Assembly: GCA_038087875.1 (NCBI GenBank)
Contig: CM075980.1
Coordinates: 124,001 to 188,000 of the forward strand
DNA from: Malacoraja senta
Taxonomy: Eukaryota
Reading direction: 5' to 3'
DNA: 64,000 nt
In this document: positions 60,271 through 64,000 of the stretch, piece after piece
Layout of the letters: every line of letters begins with the position of its first letter
Position numbering within the stretch: the stretch's first letter is position 1
Notes under the pieces: generated by a model
The model's input: the letters and a program-made list of their open reading frames with translations, nothing else
Database searches by the model: none
What the model was told of the DNA's origin: nothing
Position numbers and translations under genes: made by a program

Positions 60271-63200
60271 GGGACAGTGCTCATGGATCTTCTCTTAATC
60301 ATCTCTTAACGTGTCTCATCTACACAAGGAACTGCAGACACACACACGGTGCTGGAGTAACTCAGCGGGTCAGGCAGCATCTCTGGAGATTGAACGTTAT
60401 CGCCTTCCATCACAGTGAGGAATGTGGAGGATTAACTGGTGGATGTTTATGTTAAAATGTTTTTGTGTGTTCTGTTGCTTTTTATTTGTATGACTGACTT
60501 GGCAAATGAAATTCCTCGTATGTTGCAAAACGTACATGGCTAATAAAGTATTATTGTGATTGTGAACATGGATAGGGGAAGTTTCGGGTCTGAAGAAGTG
60601 TCCTGACCCGAAAGATCACCTATCCATGTTGTCAGGAGATGCTGCCCAAAAATGATGCTGCCTGACCCGCTGAGTTACTCCAGCACGTCGTGTCATTAAA
60701 CATGTATAGTAGATTAGCCAGACTACCCATTGTGGGTTTACCGAAGAAATTTGTTCGTTGAGCAAATCTCCGTTGCAAGTGTGATAGAGAAGTCGGGTAG
60801 AGAACGGGCAGAGGCCATTTCGTTCGCGGAGATGGTCGCCAGTATGTATTGAATATAGTGGTCTTTAGCCGGAAGTCATGTACTTAGCAGTGTCGGAAGG
60901 AACTGCAGATGCTGGTTTAAACCGAAGATAAGACACAAGATGCTGGAGTAACTCAGCGGGACAGGCATCATCTCTGGAGAGAAGGAGTGGGTGACGTCTC
61001 GGGTCGAGACCCTTCTTCAGACCTACTTAGCTTTTGGCTTTTCTCGTTTTAACACTTTAGTTAACAAAAAATGTCCCGATTTTCTAAATTTAACAATTAA
61101 TATAATGAAGAGGGTTTCTAACGTCCGCCTTTGCGAGTTGATTTTTTTTATCCTTAAAGGGCAAGCTTCAAGACTTTTGGTTAAACTCGCTTATTCAAGA
61201 CACTTGAAGCAACTGGAGTAAAATAAACAGTACAGTGGAGTTCTCCAGGATCAGTACTTGATACCAGGATAGACATTTCGGGTCGAGACCCTTCTTCGAT
61301 TTAAACCAGCATCTGCAGTTCTTTCCTACACAGTAGATACCAGGAGTTGGTTCCGTGAAATGAAGCAGACACGTGGAGCCTTTATCAGTGAGGGCACATT
61401 GGGAAAGGGTGTTAGAGTTAAATTTTAGCGTATCTACTGAAAACCAGATACACTACTCCATAAATTGGAAGAATGGTTACAGCAGTAAAAACAGGTCACT
61501 GGGCACCTAATATCCATGTATAGGAAGGAACTAGAGAGAGCTAGATAGGGCTCTTAAAAATAGCGGAGTCAGGGGATATGGGAAGAAGGCAGGAACTGGG
61601 TACTGATTGGGGGTGATCAGCCATGATCACATTGAATGGCGGTGCTGGCTCGAAGGGCCGAATGGCCTAATCCTGCACCTATTGTCTATTGTCTATTGAA
61701 CTGCAGATGCTGGCTTACACCAAAGATAGACACAAAATACTGGAGTAACTCAGTGGGAAAGGCAGCATCTCTGGATTGAAGGAATTCCTCCTATCCAGAG
61801 ATGTTGCCTGTCCCGCTGTTACTCCAGCATTTTGTGTCTATTTTCACCTAATATCCATGTTGGCACTCTATATAAGCTACTGTCCCTAGTTCTACCCCTG
61901 GCTGTTTCACCAGTGCTTTGAAACGTTTCTCTATGAAATAGTTATCCAATTCCTTTGTGACTTCCACTACAACAACAGATTCCACCACACCTGTCAGCAT
62001 TGAAAGGTAAACCAGGGAAGGACTTCCACAGTGAATGGAAAGTGAATTTATTTGTATAGTTCTAGAAAATAAATACAAATCTTTGAATGAAGGTTCACAC
62101 AGTTTTGGCAAAAAATGTGAAAATGGAAAACCTTTTGGTATTGGTTTATTACTGTCATGTGTACTGAGATGCAGTGAAAAACTTTGTCTAGCCACTGAAA
62201 TCATACCATACACGAGTACAATCAAGCCATGCACAAATATAATAGTTTGTGTAAAAATAACCAGAGTGCAGAATATAGTGTTACAACTATATATACAAGG
62301 CCAGCAACAAGATCATTTGGGAGATTGGGACTACACTTTTATCTTATAAGAGATCCATCCGTTCATTAGTCTGATAACAGTGAGGAAGAAGCTGTACCTG
62401 AATCCAACGACACATGCTTTCAAGCTTTTGTATTTCTGCCTAATAGGAGAGAAGAAGGAGTGGTTCTTGATTATGTAGACTTTCTTGAGACAGCATGCAG
62501 TGTGGATGGAGTTGTTTGGGCAGGTGGGGGAGGGAAAGAAGGGACATGCTTATGTCCATGTTTTATGGCAGTATTAAAATATATACTGCAACCTAACTCT
62601 CTGTGAAGGCATTAATATCAAAATACTGCTGTTGGTAACCTTTGCCTATGTTGATTCCAAAGTATTAGTCAGTTCTTAGCTGGGTAAATATATTATTGTC
62701 GGTATCTCTGATCATTTTTGCACTCTACAATTAGGTATGATTTTCATGAACACTTGAAGAAAAAATTACCACTAATTAATCCAAGTGCTCTTCAAACCTT
62801 GGATCGTTTAATGCAAGAGATTCAAAACACAAGTCGGGCAGATCCTGAGATCCTGAAGAAGTGTGAGGTTGGTTGTCTGTCATTCTGGAAATTAAATAAT
62901 TTTACACCATTAATTCATGTACCACTAGGTATGTTTGTAAAGTCAGACGAACCAAGATCTTACTTATCTGCATTGATTTGTGATCTTGACTTTAAAAAAA
63001 ATATTATGGATCATGTATAGATCATCCAAAGATTTTTGTTGTTGCTGTATTTAAATGTTATAACTCTAAAGAATTATTTTGTTAATCCCCAGAGACATTT
63101 AAAATTCAAACCTGAACTTGGTTCTAATTTTGTTCTCAGATTTATTTTACTTCCCTTCTTGGCCTTGGAGGAGGTAAATAGAGAGAGGGAGAGCAATTTT

Positions 63201-63785
63201 ATTTTAAATTTTAGAGTTACTTTAATGTCCGCACTCGCTGAAAGTATTTACTGATGCTTAGTTACAGTATAAAAGGAAGAAAACATGTATCTTCCTTTTT
63301 GACTTTCATGTTTTGGGACAATTTGTTATGCTGGTGGATGTGGCAACCAGTTTGCAAACTTCCACCAAATAGCAACCGACAAAGAACCTCTTCACAAAGT
63401 TTGATATCAGTTGAAACTTTGGCCAAGAATTTAGCCAACTTTTGCTATTCCTTGAAATCATTGAATCATTTTTATGTCTACATGTCCACCTGAATATGGA
63501 TTCAGGGCCTGTTGAGATTTGAACTTGCAATCTCCTAACTCCAAGGCTTTCAGTTAGTCAAGCCCTCCGGCATTGTTTACGTTATTGTAAGTTGTAGGCA
63601 GTTCTGTAAAAGAAAATGTATTGCCGAGTTTAATTATTGCACATAGTTGGATAAATACTGAGGCAGATAACATGTACTTTTGTGTCAATTGTTAGGCAAG
63701 ATGGTTCCAGCTCTTTAAGCTAGTGGAGAAGCAATACCAAGACCAGATATTGTCCCAGCAGGACCAGTACCAATGTCAGATCCAA
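60181..63785 (+). CDS. MPHOSPH9: M-phase phosphoprotein 9, first three coding exons (60181-60263, 62735-62867, 63696-63785); continues beyond the window
   Basis: LMQEIQNTSRADPEILKKCE|ARWFQLFKLVEKQYQDQILSQQDQYQCQIQ resembles the human MPHOSPH9 N-terminus (LMQELQNSG...CETRWLQLFNLVEKQCQEQIVAQQEQF). The first exon is inferred from a strong Kozak ACCACCATGG and a phase-2 donor (CAG|GTATGG) that fits the next exon. Head-to-head with MTRFR, as in human. Confidence 0.85.
61533..61697 (+). mobile_element. CR1 3' end nested inside a Penelope-associated SINE-like repeat
   Basis: CR1 3' UTR with CTATTGT tail splitting GGAAGGAACT|GCAGATGCTGG; GAACT is duplicated on both sides. Confidence 0.8.
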
Positions 63786-64000
63786 GTGAGTAAACTCAAC
63801 ATTATTGCATTTTTGATGCCAAATACCACAAGTGGAGGCAGGAATAAGCATCAGCTCCTCTTGCCAGATTGACATTCACTTTTTCACATGCGTCAAAGCC
63901 ATCCATTCTCTTAATGTCTGGAAAATCTACCCATTTCTATCTGTAATGTACTTAGTGACACCCTTCACAGTCTCTTTACCACCTAAGTGAAGAAAGTTCC

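Noticed and set aside
60714-60870. TTAGCC direct repeats around AGACTAC...GTGGTCT as a small TIR element
   Set aside because: The inverted match is only about 6 of 7 bp and there is no second copy in the window; cannot be distinguished from chance.

Overview
Vertebrate genomic DNA, most likely a cartilaginous fish (skate or ray), inferred from the CR1, V-SINE and Penelope-derived repeats. It holds the conserved block SBNO1(+) - CDK2AP1(+) - MTRFR/C12orf65(-) - MPHOSPH9(+), in the same order and orientation as human 12q24.31. The last 26 coding exons of SBNO1 splice into one open frame (2502-27805), with one minor-spliceosome (U12) intron. Positions 22382-40214 recur almost identically at 40415-58248, on the far side of a 200-N gap. 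This is most likely a false haplotype or overlap duplication, and MTRFR carries a different 1-bp frameshift in each copy. The most unusual signals are: (1) two copies of a non-autonomous DNA transposon with a 5-bp TSD and a long internal hairpin whose arms change in concert; (2) a 28-bp perfect palindrome with an 8-bp TSD, i.e. a TIR-only micro-transposon; (3) many Penelope-associated short repeats with minimal hammerhead-ribozyme cores; (4) an SBNO1 exon that regenerates an identical 5' splice site after splicing; and (5) a divergent CDK2AP1 lacking recognisable canonical N-terminal exons. Family assignments come from recalled protein and repeat signatures; no database search was run.
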